DNA from: the human T2T-CHM13v2.0 reference genome, Homo sapiens
DNA length: 64,000 bases
Assembly: GCF_009914755.1 (NCBI RefSeq)
Contig: NC_060944.1
Reading direction: 5' to 3' (one strand)
The translations under genes were made by a program, and so were the position numbers. Below the pieces are notes generated by a model. It saw nothing but the letters and a program-made list of their open reading frames with translations, had not been told where the DNA came from and ran no database searches. Shown here one piece after another: positions 51,201 to 63,420 of the stretch; within the stretch, counting starts at the first letter, position 1; the number at the start of each line of letters is the position of its first letter.

Positions 51201-52059
51201 AGTCAGGTGGGGAAGTGCCAGGTGTCCACTGCCACGACCAACACGTTACTCACACTCACGGCACAAGAATGGCCTCTGTACCCTGTGTGTAGGTAGGTCA
51301 GAAGCTTTTTTGTTTGTATTTTATGACTTTTATAGAGTTATGATGACATGTATTTTTCTCAAATTTTCATAGCTGTCTCTCTAATGAACTACAAAGTAGG
51401 GCGTTCATGGTCCTTCTGGGAGGTGTGTGACTAATGCGGGAATTTCAAGCACCATGACAGGGCGAAGGGAGCAGAAATTCTGCAGGAAAACCGGGGGGCG
51501 GGGAGAACAGTGATGTGACATCATTAGGCTGAGAAAGAGGTAGATATGGGTCCTCGTAGCAAACAGGAATGACACTGGTTAACATTGAAGGTACTCTCTC
51601 TCAAGTGTGTCAGGCTCTGTCCTAAGCTTGACCTGCATCCTTCCATTGGAACTTCCAGACGACTCTCCGAGGTGGTGTCCCATTTCTCTGTACAGGCATA
51701 TCCAGGCACAGTCGCTTGTATGTCTGAGACCTCAAGCTGGAGAGTGCTGATGGCCAACATGCTGGTCACCTCTCCACAGTCCTTCCTCCTCCTGGACAAC
51801 ACCCCTGCTCTCTCTGGATGGTCCTGAGCTAAGCCCGGAAGGTGAATCACAGGGGTCTAAGTCAATCGCGGGATCCCACCTCTCTGCCTGTGATTGGTGG
51901 ACATTGAGCCACTTCTGACCAATGACGTGCAAGGGATGTGCTTGGGGGATTCTGGGAAAATCTTTTCTCTGTAAAGAGAGGGGGCTCATGAGGAGCATGT
52001 TTTCTCCCCTGGCCTCATCCCCTCCTGCCCTGGGCATTGTCACCTGACCCCTCCTCCCC

Positions 52060-52740
52060 ACCTCCACTGCCACCACCTTAATCCAAAGCACAGCATCCTG
52101 TGTTCGTTTGCTTGGAATATTCTGGTCTTCTCCTCCCTGGTCTCATGCAGCCCGAGGATTCTGCTCAAATCCAAGTCAGGCCGTGTTGCTCCTCTGCTCG
52201 GAGCCCTCCAGGGATTTCCCATCTCACACTGAGTCAAAGCCCAAGACCCCATCACTCCCCACAGGACCCCACTGACCCCCGCCCCTCCCCGCACCCTCCC
52301 CTGCGTCTCTCCCTTCCACTCACTGTCCCAGCCACCCTGGTTTCCTCACAGGCCCTTGACCTCCCCGGCAGCTCCGTCTCAGGCCTCTGCACGAGCTGCT
52401 CCCTGTGCAGGGAATGATCTACCCTAGTAACCCCCATGGATCCCTCCGTCCCCCAGGTCTCTGTTCACAAGTCTCCATCTCCACTAGGCCTTCCCTGTCA
52501 CAGTGTCTAAAATGCAACCCTCCCCATGCCCTGGGCCCCCACCTCTTCCCAGTTTAGTTTCTCTGATACACTACCTGGTACACCGAGCTATTTGGTTTGC
52601 TGTTCCGCTTGCCCAACCAGAACAGCAGCTCTACGGCGGCTTTGTCTCCCTCATGGGCCCCCTTTTGGGGCCTGGGGCAGTGCTGGGCACGTGGCTATCC
52701 CCAAATAAATAATGACTGAATAAGTGAATGAATGTACATG
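52060..52740 (+). mobile_element. L2 3' region
   Basis: ccactgccaccaccttaatccaaag...cccatctcacactgagtcaaagccca...gactgaataagtgaatgaatg. Confidence 0.75.
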
Positions 52741-53835
52741 GGGGCTGTGACAATGTGTGACCATGAGGGATGCCTTGGGGGCCACATGAGGCCAGAGGAG
52801 ACTGGGCAGTGGCTTGGTGACTCTGTGGAGCCCCTGCCTGGCCATGGCCCTCCCGCCTCCAGAGTTCTCCTAAGGGGTAAGAAAAGGCCTCCATTGCTGG
52901 CACCTTCACCCACCGCATCTCCCGTTGTTGCAGCCACAATTTTCTTACAAGGACAGTGGCTGGATTTGAGCCCAGGCTGTGTGGCTCCAGACCTAAGCCC
53001 AGGGCTTTGTCTGGGGTGTGGCCCAGGGGCAGGTCCTTGGGTGTGTGAGGGTGGCTTGGCTCAGCTCCTCTCCCTAGGTCACTGCAGCGGCCCTGTGCTG
53101 TTCTGTTTTCCCATCCAGAAGTCCTGAGGGTCTCAGCAGAGGGGCCCAGGATCCAAGTCCATCCACTCCCAGGGCGGGTCCCTAGCCAGCCTCTGCCCAG
53201 CATGTGGTGTGGATGCTGCCATATCCTTCTGCTTCCTGAAATGTTTCCCTTCCAGAACTTTCCAGGCCCAGGTTCCCCATGCGGGGCTGCCTGAGCACCC
53301 CCACCCTATGGCCAGCCCTGCTGCCCTGGCTTCCACCTCCAGATCCTTCCTGCCATGTCCCCCTCCAATCAGAGCCGACCCACACTGTGTCCCTCCCAGT
53401 GGCTCTACTGCCTACTGAACACGTGCACCATCACCGCCGTGGGGCCCACAGGTAATGGGAGATGCCCCCAGGTCCTGGTTTGTGCTTCGCCAGAGCCCTC
53501 CTAGAGCTGCAGGCGATGATGGGAGCTTTTCAAACACCAGCAGGGCCTAGATGAGCTGCTCCAGGGACAGGAGTGTTGCGGGCGAATGAGCTGGACGAGG
53601 GCCAGCCCTGCAGGGCGCGCAGACTTGCGGCTCTCTTCGCAGGCTTTTGGCCCAAACAGCTCTTTGGAAAAGAGCACAGGAATGGCCCCGGAAGGTGGGA
53701 CCTGTTTCCATGGTGCACGCGCAACATTGGAGGACGATGGAGCTGGGACTGCTGGGGAGCAGCGAGTCAAGGGAGGGGAGGGGGCCTGGGTGTGGGACAC
53801 AGGGCTGCCCTCCGTCCTTCATACCCACTGGTGCC

Positions 53836-53956
53836 AGCTCACCTGTCACTCCCACATGAAGGCCGAATCAGTCAACATTTTCCAGAGAAACAGAATCCAT
53901 ATGGAGAGAGAGAGAGAGAGAAACTTAAGGAATTCGCTCATAGGATTGTGGGGGCT
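53836..53956 (+). repeat. Dispersed direct duplicate of 54891-55038 (L2/MLT2 junction)
   Basis: agctcacctgtcac...ccagagaaacagaatccatatgg(ag)n aaacttaagg.attcgctcataggattg.gggggct. About 8 substitutions outside the microsatellite. Confidence 0.92.
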
Positions 53957-54579
53957 CATAGGACTGTGATGCTGAGACTGGGGATGGGGGTGTGAGGGGC
54001 TGCCACAGCTGTGTCCTGGCAGCGCCGAGCCAGTCCCCTGTCCTGTTTGCAGAGTCAAGGCTATAAAGAGGGACTGAGAACACCGTGACGCCCTGGCCTG
54101 CGCACCCTCCTCTGCTCCATCTGGGTCTGTCCGGATGGCAGAGGCTCAGAGGGTCTGCCCCTACCAGATGGTGGAGGCTCAGAATGTCTGAGCCAGAAAA
54201 AGCATGAAAGAAAACTTAGCCTTCCTCCTCCCAGTTAACAGGTGAGTCAGATCCCAGTGCCCTGTAGGGACTGCAGAGGCAGCTCCCTTCTCTTGCCCTT
54301 GACTCCATGCCCTTCTTCTTCTTCCTGCCTAGCTGCACACATGGCACCATGCAATTCCCCTCCTCCTCCTCCTCCTCCTCCTCACTTCTGCTCATGTGGG
54401 GAAACCTGTGCCTTATGTATCCTGCACCCCAGGGTTCTTGGACCCTGGACCCCAGCCTGTGGGCAGCAGGCCCTCCAAGCTCCACCCACTGCTCAGCACC
54501 ACGTCCATTACCCCCTGTCCAAGCCACTGTCCTCTCTTGTCCTGGTGATTAAGACAGGCTCCTGTGGAGTTTCCATGCT

Positions 54580-54918
54580 GCGCCTGCCCCCATGATCCAT
54601 TCTCCTTTCAGCCACCAGAGTAAGCATGATAAAGTGCAATTAAGATGATGCCACTCTCTCATCTACAATCTTCAATGACTTCTCATTGCTCTTGGAATCA
54701 AATCCAAACCCCACTGTGGCTTGCATGACCCCCTGTGATCTGGTCCCTGCCCTCACGACACATCTCTCCCTGTTCACTTTGTACTAAGCACATTCCCACC
54801 TCAGGGCCTTTGCATTTGCTGGGCCTGCAGCCTGAATTGCTTTCTTCCCAGACCTTCTTGTATCTGACCCCTTTTCATCCTTCTGGTATTAGCTCACCTG
54901 TCACCCCCACGTGAAGGC
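54580..54918 (+). mobile_element. L2 fragment
   Basis: gcacattcccacctcagggcctttgcatttgct...gcctgaattgctttcttccc. Confidence 0.75.
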
Positions 54919-54975
54919 TGTATCAATCAGCATTTTCCAGAGAAACAGAATCCATATGGAGAGAGGGGGGGTGGG

Positions 54976-55006
<31 letters not shown>

Positions 55007-55732
55007 TTAAGGGATTCGCTCATAGGATTGCGGGGGCTGGCAAGTGTGAAATCTGCAAGCAGACAGGCAGGCTGGAAATTCCAGCAAGAGTTAATGTTGC
55101 AGTCTGGAGTCGGAAGGGTGGAAACTCAGGCAGAATTTCTACGTTACAGTCTGGAGTCAGAATTCCTTCCTCTTTGAGGGACCACACTCTCTTAAGGCAG
55201 CAGTCCCCAGCACTTTTGGCACCAGGGACAAGTTTTGTGGATGACAATTTTTCCACGGACTGTGGGGGGTTGGGTGGATGGTTTCAGGGTGAAACTGTTC
55301 CACCTCAGATCATCAGGTGTTAGAGTCTCATAAGGAGCACGCAACCTAGGTCCCTTGCATGCGCAGTTCACAATAGGGTTCATGCTCCTTCGAGAATCTA
55401 ACGCTGCTGCTGATCTGACAGGAGGTGGAGATCAGGTGGTAATGTTTGCTCACCCACAACTCACCCCCTGCTGTGCGGCCAGGTTCCTATCAGGCCACAG
55501 ACCAGTATCCCGGTCCACGGGCCTGGGGGTTGGGAACCTGTGTCTTAAGGCCTTCAACTGATTGCATGACACCCACCCCCACTGTGGAGGGCACTCCACG
55601 CGACTCAGAGGCTACTGATTTAAATGTCAATCACATCTAAAAATTAACTTCCCGGCAACATCTAGATGGATTGTGATCAAACAACTGGGCAGCTTCACCT
55701 GGCCGATGGGACACCTACAGTTAAGCATCACG
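54919..55732 (-). mobile_element. ERVL LTR, MLT2 (B/C/D-like), split by MER1B
   Basis: tgtatcaatcagcattttccagagaaacagaa...ttaaggccttcaactgattg...ctgatttaaatgtcaatcacatctaaaa...aagcatcac. Confidence 0.85.
55198..55542 (+). mobile_element. MER1B (hAT-Charlie MITE)
   Basis: cagcagtcccc...ttttggcaccagggac...gaaactgttccacctcagatcatcagg...gggggttgggaacctgtg. Perfect 8-bp TSD TCTTAAGG at 55190-55197 / 55543-55550. Confidence 0.93.
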
Positions 55733-55774
55733 GACACCCTCACCCCCCCGCCCCCACAATCTAACGGGGATCCC

Positions 55775-56218
55775 TGTGGCAGATGCTGTTAGTTCCTTCC
55801 CATAAAGCCCGGAACTTGCAGCGCGCTGTGCAGATTTCCACCTTCATCTCTGTGCCTGAGGCTATTTCTCCAGAGTCCCGGAAGGCTGTTCTGGTGGGCT
55901 AGAAATGCCAAAGACGCATTACCCTGTGGGAGCGGCCCTCAACCAGTGACTCTTGGTAGCTGGTGGGAAAATATCCCAGGCCCCTCGCCCCGCAGCGGGA
56001 TGACTCTGAGCTGTGTGCTCTACACTAACTTGCCCCAGGAGGATTGAGCCCCGGCTGCACGCTGCATTGCTTGCTCGGTAACACCCTGTGCTGGCTGCTT
56101 TCCCTCTCCTGTCTCATTTCCCCACCCCTTACCAGTACTGCCTGGATCCCCTTCCAGACAAACGACTTGCCCTTGGCTCCATGCTCAAAGTCGTCGTCTA
56201 GGGAGCTCAAGCTTGGAT
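55775..56218 (+). mobile_element. ERVL LTR, LTR16-family
   Basis: tgtggcagatgctgt...gagcggccctcaaccagtgac...gggatgactctgag...cctgtctcatttccccac. Confidence 0.75.
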
Positions 56219-57290
56219 GCTCCTTCGTTTTCGCTAATCACTCTCTGTATGTCCCCTGGTCTTCTTACAATGGTAGCCCTTGTCAAAGCTCTAATCATCT
56301 TGTTTTTATGTCTGCTTTCTTTCTGCTCACTGGAAGGCTGGGTCCTGAGGGCACAGTGTCCAGCACGGAGGACACACAGTAAATATTCCCAGAAGGAGTG
56401 ATGGGTGAACGAATAAATAGAATCTCACCCTGCCACCATGATTAAATTCAGCCCCAAACTTACCTGTCCCATTGTTTCCATATCCTGCCACCTCTGAGGC
56501 CTAATCTGAAGAACTGATTTGTGCCAGTGGACGAGCACTATTTCTCTAGGTGAGACATGCAGGTGTCAACAGGAAATGTCCTGAGATGTAATTCTTCAAC
56601 CCAGGAAGCCACTCCAATCAAGAGAACATAAAGCAATGGTGATGGGATGTGGGGGTTCCATGGGGCTTGGATGCCCTGAGGAGGGCCTCAAATCACAGAA
56701 TGATGAAGGTCTTCTGGATGCAGTGGCAGGGCAGGAGAGGTATTGCCCTGGGACTCGAGATGGGACCACAGCCAATTGCTCACTCAGCCATGGCCTGTGG
56801 GTCTGACACTGGGACCTCACTAACCCTCTTTTAACACTCCTATCTGTAAGTAGGGATCATGACCCACACTTTGCAGGGGTTCTGATGCTGCAAAATTCTG
56901 GCGCTTTCTACATGATAAGGTCTTTGCTCACCAAATGGAAGAGACTGCGTGCAGGTAGCATGGGCCTGCCTACTGCAGGTGGGGTGCTTTGGGCTGCAAG
57001 TAACAGAAAATCCAACTCAAAGTGAATTGTGTGATAAAGACAATGCACCACCTCGCTTATCATGGTCTGAGTTCCTCCATGAGGGTTGCCGCCTGGTGCG
57101 TCCTCTGTAAGCTCCCTGAAGCAGGGGCCTAGGCTGACCTTTTTTCTCCACTGCCCCCGAGAGCATAGACCAGGGCCTGGCACAGAGAAGGCGTCCAGTG
57201 AGGATTCCACCCAGGACACCATCAAACCCTCATCGCTACATGGTCTATTAAGTTGTGTTCCCCCAACAGCAGTTAAAGAAACCAAAGCTT

Positions 57291-57616
<326 letters not shown>

Positions 57617-58599
57617 CTAAAGCTAAGGGAAGATAAATTACCTGCATGACATATTGAAGCACACAGAGGACAGTCCTGGCATTCCCTACTCTGGGCTCTG
57701 GCCATAACCCTGACAACCCTGCTACTCTACTGTCCTCCCTGGCCTCTCTCAGGCCAGTTTGTCCTCAGATCGGGCAGTGTGGGAGTTGACAAACCCAGTC
57801 AACCCAGACTCAGATGACGCAGAAGTCTGCCCAACACAGAAGTCCACCAACCATTGCATTGTGATCATTGCACCGAGGACATAAATTCAGCAACATGTGC
57901 TGGGTCAGCTGCCTCGTTTTTCTCCAAAGTAGCAAATTTATGGGGCACACGTGCACATGGGTGATTATTTCCCAATAGTTTATAGTATCAAGCCTCCTTT
58001 CTTTCCTCCCAATAAATCTAATTTATATGGATTGGCAGATCAAACAGTGCATTTCCTGGCATCGAGAGGCTGTGAGTCACTCACAGTGCTTTAGGAAACT
58101 TGGGGAGATTAAGGTTTTGCATAATGCAAATGCGGATGGAAACATATTTGGACTGCCTCGCTGTGGATGCAATTAGAGCAATGAGCACCAGGAGAAATAC
58201 TTTTTCCCAGGACACAGAAAGGTCTGCTTGGTATGCAAAGAGCACAGTTATTTGCGACACCAGAGCCTGGAACGTGGTGAGCAAAGCACCCAGTGACGGT
58301 TTGATTTGCAGCTTTAAGGAATTCAAAGATGAATAAAACATTAAATTAATTGCCAAAGAACTGTTGCCAAGCCTGCATGAGATCTAATGAAGGCACACAT
58401 GCAAAAAACCAACACACACAGAACAACAAACCAAAACTGGGCCTGCGGGATGCTACCTGCCCCAAGCCCCCGAAACCACATTTGGTTTTGAGTATTTTGT
58501 CCTACTTGGAATTTTCTCTCATCAATACTCATCTCAAGTCCTCTCAGCCACGAAAGCTCTCTCCGCTTCCCCCAGCCCACAGGACGCTCCTTCGACTGT

Positions 58600-59075
58600 T
58601 TCCTTGTTCACTGGGGAAATGTTGACTGAGCACCTGCTATGTGTCAGGCACTGCTTTCCCAGACGCTGGGGAAACAGCACTGAACGAACCAGGCCACAAT
58701 CCCTGCCCTGGTGGCTGCCTTCCTGCGGGGAGTATGATAATAAGCAAAATAGAGAAATTAATATATTGGAAAGTGCTCAGTGCTACGGAGAAAACAAAGA
58801 TGAAGTGGGGATAGGAAATGCCGGGAGGTAGGGTCAATCGCAGATTGAGGCAAAGGGGTCAGGGAGGTCCCAAGATGGGGGACATTTGTACAGATCCCTG
58901 AAGGAGGTGAGGGTGGTGACTACGAGGAATGTCAGGCAGAGGGAATAGCAAGGGGAGAGGCCCGGAGTGGAGGTTCCCGAGTGTTTGAGAACCTGTGGAA
59001 GCTGGTGTGGCCGAGTAAGTTAGGGGGAGAGTGATGGTGATGCACCCAGACAAGGAGCAGGACCAAGGTCACATA
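58600..59075 (-). mobile_element. L2 3' region
   Basis: aaatgttgactgagcacctgctatgtgtcaggcactg...ggcagagggaatagcaag...gctggtgtggccgagt. Confidence 0.8.
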
Positions 59076-59542
59076 AAGTCAATGCATTAATTCACCTTTC
59101 AATTCATTCATTCACTTACTCAACGAATCTTTTGAGGCTCTACTGTGAGCCAGGACCTGCTATTTTAGATCCTGAAAATCCAACATTAGACGTGACAGGC
59201 AAGGTCCCAGCTCTCACGGGGCTGTGTAATGGTGGCTGATCCGGGAGCAGGAGGGAAGTTACTTTGTTGAGGTGAGTGGGGAAGCCCAATCGCCACTCGC
59301 CTCTAGGTCCACAATCCCAGCAGAATTCCCTCTTTTGTTTGCTCTTAGGTGATTCTTGTCTTCCCCATAAGCCCATTTAGCAGATGAGAAAACTAAGGTT
59401 CCTTTGGAATGGAAGTCCTGGCTTCTCTCCATAAAGTCTGGAAATTAGAGGGAGTAGAATTAACTCCCTTTTCCTTTGCACAGGGCCAGCATGAGGCTTT
59501 GGGGAGGTTCTGAGGCAGGAGACATCCTACGTCATCTCCACA

Positions 59543-59618
59543 GGTCATGAACCCTATAGCATCTCCCACCAAGAGGGTCACGGACCCTACAGCATCTCCC
59601 ACCAGGAGGGCCATGACC
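59543..59618. repeat. 33-bp tandem repeat x2.3
   Basis: ggtcatgaaccctatagcatctcccaccaagag / ggtcacggaccctacagcatctcccaccaggag / ggccatgacc. Confidence 0.85.
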
Positions 59619-61929
59619 AGCCTCTGGGGCTGTGCTGCTGCATGCCAAGGAGTAGCTGAATCCTAGGAGTGGAGAATCCCCAGCCTGGAAGGGGACCCCC
59701 TCCACCGACTGCCATCACTCTGGGGCTCTCTGGCTTGAGGGCTCTCTGGGGCCACGAGGCCAGGCCTCCTCTCCACGTCCAAACAGGCTGGCTGGGTGCA
59801 AAATGCCATGGTGCTTGCTCTGGATGGGCTGGAGTTTTCCCTATTCAGGGGCCAGGGCAATGGGTGGAGGGCCTGGGTAGAGAGGCAGAGCACGGTTGCG
59901 TCCAGGCTGTGCCACCCTGACCCTGAACTCAGGCCCACAGGAGGCTCCAGGCAACAGCTGCTCTCTCCTCTGCTGGGGCCTCCTGCCTGGAAAGCCTGCT
60001 CCCACCCACAATGCCTAGATTCCTCCCTCCAAGCAGCCTTAGAGACCCCTTTGGGATCCAGATCTGCTCTGCTCCTCACCCTGGGGATCTGGGTGTCACT
60101 TTAAATAAAGGGACCGCTCGTGCTCACCAGGCTGCGGGATATTCAGAGGCTGGGCTGGCAGTTCCCATCCCGTGGTCACAGAGTGCTATGGAGGGGAGAT
60201 AATAGGTGTGATTTCTGTGCAGAGGATGGACAGGGCTCCAGGGACAGAGGATGCAGGAGTGACAGGCATCATCAGATACCATTTGTCCAGCAGCCGCTCC
60301 AGCCACCTGGTGTGGATGTGGCCTCGTGTCCATACTCTCCAGAGCACCCGGCTTAGTGGCTATCTGCCTGGCTGTCTCTCCCATTTTCATGTGAAAGGGG
60401 GCCAGGCAGGACATGGGGTCTGGGGACTGCCATCTCCTCCTGGGGGCTGCACTGTGCTGACAGTCTTGTGTCCCCCTGACAGGGGCTGCACAGACGGGCC
60501 AGGCAGAAGTGAAGGAGAAGAAGGAAGCCAACAGAAGGTGGCTTTCAGGGCTGGTCACGCAGAGGGTGGATTCTGACGGGCAGGGCTGCTGTGGGTGGTG
60601 GGCACCATCTATGCTCATCCCTGCCCAGGCAGCTCTGGGCTCCCCCAGCTCAGGTGGGCCCCCTCCTCACCCAGGGCGCAGCTGTGGCTGGCAGCAGGCA
60701 TTCACCCCCTTCTCAGCTGCTCAGCCATGGAACCAGGAGCTAACTCAATTCCTCTGTCCCCAAAGTCTGTGCCCACCAGGCCATCCGCCTCAAACACTTG
60801 GTGGCCAAGGCCTGGGGATGGTCCCCAGGCTGCATCTGGTCAGTGGTCAAGAGGCTGCACCTCTAGGAGCCTCCTCTGTCACTCACCCGCCCAGGCCTGG
60901 ACAGCCTGGACACTCCAGCCAGAGGCAGCCCAGAGGGTGTGGGAGGGGCTCTCTGGGGACAGAGCAGGAGGGGACACTGCTGTGACCCTGTAGCTGCAGA
61001 CATGTGTCTCCACGAAGGGAAGAGGCTGCTGTCCACTGTCGCTTTCTGCAGTGACACTGTGCCCTGGCCCGGGCTCTCTGCTGGGTTGCAGAAGTGCCTG
61101 GGTCAGGACAGCTCGCATCTGCCTTCACCGCAGACCCCTCTCTGCAGCCCATCTGAGGCAATGTGGCCTCTGCTGTCCAAGACTCACTTCGAGGGGATCC
61201 TTTTCCTTTTTTAGTGGAAACCTGGTGTCCTCCCTTTGAGTGCTTTTAGGGGCTGGGGAGGAGGTGGCTATTGGCGGCAGTGCGGGGGCTTCATGCTCTG
61301 CCTGCGCGCAGCAGAGAACACGGCTTCATTGGTGGGATTTGTCTGGTGACTGGGCAGGTGGGTCGCCTGGACACGTGCTCCCAGCCTTCAGATGTGACAA
61401 GGAGGGGACCATTTGCGGGGTTGCTGTGTGCTGGGGACAGAGCAGAAAATGCCAGGCGGCACCATTTTTCCCACTCCCCACCCGCCCGTGCTCACTCAGA
61501 GGGAATGTACAGATATTCTGTTTGTAATTAAAAAGTAATTTAATTATCCGCTGAAAATGAGGTTTCAGAATTAATATTGAAATGAATTCTAGCTGTGCTG
61601 TATGATGTCTTTTCTCCCTGCTCATTAGAACATCGGGAGGGGTGAGGAGAGAAGGCCCAGGAGGAGGGGCGTCCTTCCCAGGCAGCTGTCACAGGCCCCC
61701 AGCTGAGCTCTCATGGCAGACACAGCCCAGGACACTCAGACCCAGAGTGACCACGAGCCCCGGCAAGACGTGGAGGAGCAGAGTTACAACCCGTCAAGAG
61801 CCTGATTTCAGGTTGAAACCAGGCTTCACCATGCAGCAGCTGTGTGGCCTCAGGGAAGTTACTGAACCCCTCTGAGCCTCCCATGGAAAATAAGGATGAT
61901 GGTTCCCCTCACAGGGTTGTCGGGAGGAT

Positions 61930-62830
61930 TCAGTGTCCTCCTTCAGGTCTTGACTCGGATGTTGCCTCTGAGTGAGGGCGTCTTTGGCCACCCCATTTAA
62001 AGTGCCAACCCTGACACTTCCTCCCTCCTTTCCCCTCTGTCCTCTTCCTGGCTCTTATCACCATCAGACAAACCAAGTTTTCACTTCTTGATCATTGTCC
62101 AGCCCCTGCTGTGAAATGTGAAGTCCTAAGACACAGGCTTTTTTTGTTTGTTACGTTCATTGCTTTAGAAGGAATTAAGGACAAGCTACCCCAAATGACG
62201 TCACTTTGGTATATGGATTATTTTGAGCTGCAGGCACTGGAGAAACAGCAGGTGCAGGCAGGGCCTTCGGACCTCCCCTTTTCTAACCAAGAACAGGCCA
62301 TGACATTTCCCACGAGATACACACTCCCTTTGTACCAGGAAGAGAACATCCTTATCACCAAACACTGGGAGTGGATGCCGAGGTGCATCTGCACAAACAC
62401 ACTTAATAAAATAACCCTTTGCTTCCACCAGTTTTACTCGTTTCTCCCCCACGAATCTTCCAGTTCCTCCCCCACGATTTACTGCCCCCAGTCCAAACCT
62501 TTTTGTCTCATCATTTCTTCACAAATATATCATTTCTTCGAGAGAGATAAATGCTTGCTGCACTGGGCACTTCTTCAGGGCTTCCTTCTCTTGTGAAGGC
62601 CCCATGTACACGTCAAAATGTAGTCAAGCTTGTCCACTTTCTCCTATTCATCTGCCCTATGTCAGCTGAATTCAGAACTCAGCCAGAGACTAAGACGTGA
62701 AGGAGAATTTTTTTTTCCTTCCCAACACTTTATTCCTAGAACCCATAGTAGCTGCTGCCACATAGTAGGTGTACAGCAAAGGCCTGTTTGGGTGAAATAA
62801 TAAATGAATGAATGGGTGGTGAATGAATGA
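61930..62830 (+). mobile_element. L2 3' end split by a MER34-type LTR
   Basis: ctccttcaggtcttgactcggatgttgcc...gttcattgcttt | attcctagaaccc...cacatagtaggtg...aatgaatgaatg. Confidence 0.7.
62167..62727 (+). mobile_element. Solo ERV1 LTR, MER34-family
   Basis: ctaccccaaatg...cactttggtatatggattattttgagctg...ttccttcccaaca. TSD CTTT at 62163-62166 / 62728-62731. Confidence 0.8.
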
Positions 62831-62939
62831 AGACACAAGACGCGGAGCCCTGGGAGCGGTGACTTTGCCATAAGGTTCCCTGAGTGTCCCAAGGCCAGCG
62901 CTGCCCATCAGCCCATGCCTCCCTCTCCAGGCTGTTTCC

Positions 62940-63420
62940 TTCCATCCATTTCCCCAACACTCATCCATGAGCTCCTGTAAGTACCCGGTGCCACGTTCAG
63001 GCACCCTGAGAACATAGCGGTGCAAAAATGCCACATATTCCTGTCCTCCTGGAGTGGATATTTCGAGACAGGAGACAGATATTGAAGAAGTGAATGATTA
63101 AGTATAAACTATAATGTCAGATTGGGATAAGTCTTAGGAAGAAAAAACGTGCTGGAGGGAGGAACAGGGAGTCACGGGCAATGCGTGAGCAAAGGAGGTC
63201 TGAGAGGACCGCTGTGGAAGGAGGCCTGAGATCTGGAGGAGGTGGGGGAGCCCGGCAGAAATAGGAGTGGGATTGGCGGGGAACAGGGGGCTTCAGCACA
63301 AGGAACAGCAAGGCCAAGCCTGGGTACGTGCAGCCTGGAGAGTCTGGGGGGCTGCAAGGGACCCCTGTGGGGTGGGAGGTGGACTGAGGAGGAGCCGGTG
63401 CCCCAAGCCCAGGCGAGGTT
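62940..63420 (-). mobile_element. L2 3' region
   Basis: ccatccatttccccaacactc...cctgtcctcctggagtggatattt...ggcctgagatctggagg...ttttggctttcgtgctgag. Confidence 0.6.

Noticed and set aside
53400-53780. Possible CpG island
   Set aside because: Only scattered CpGs; too sparse and short by eye for island criteria.
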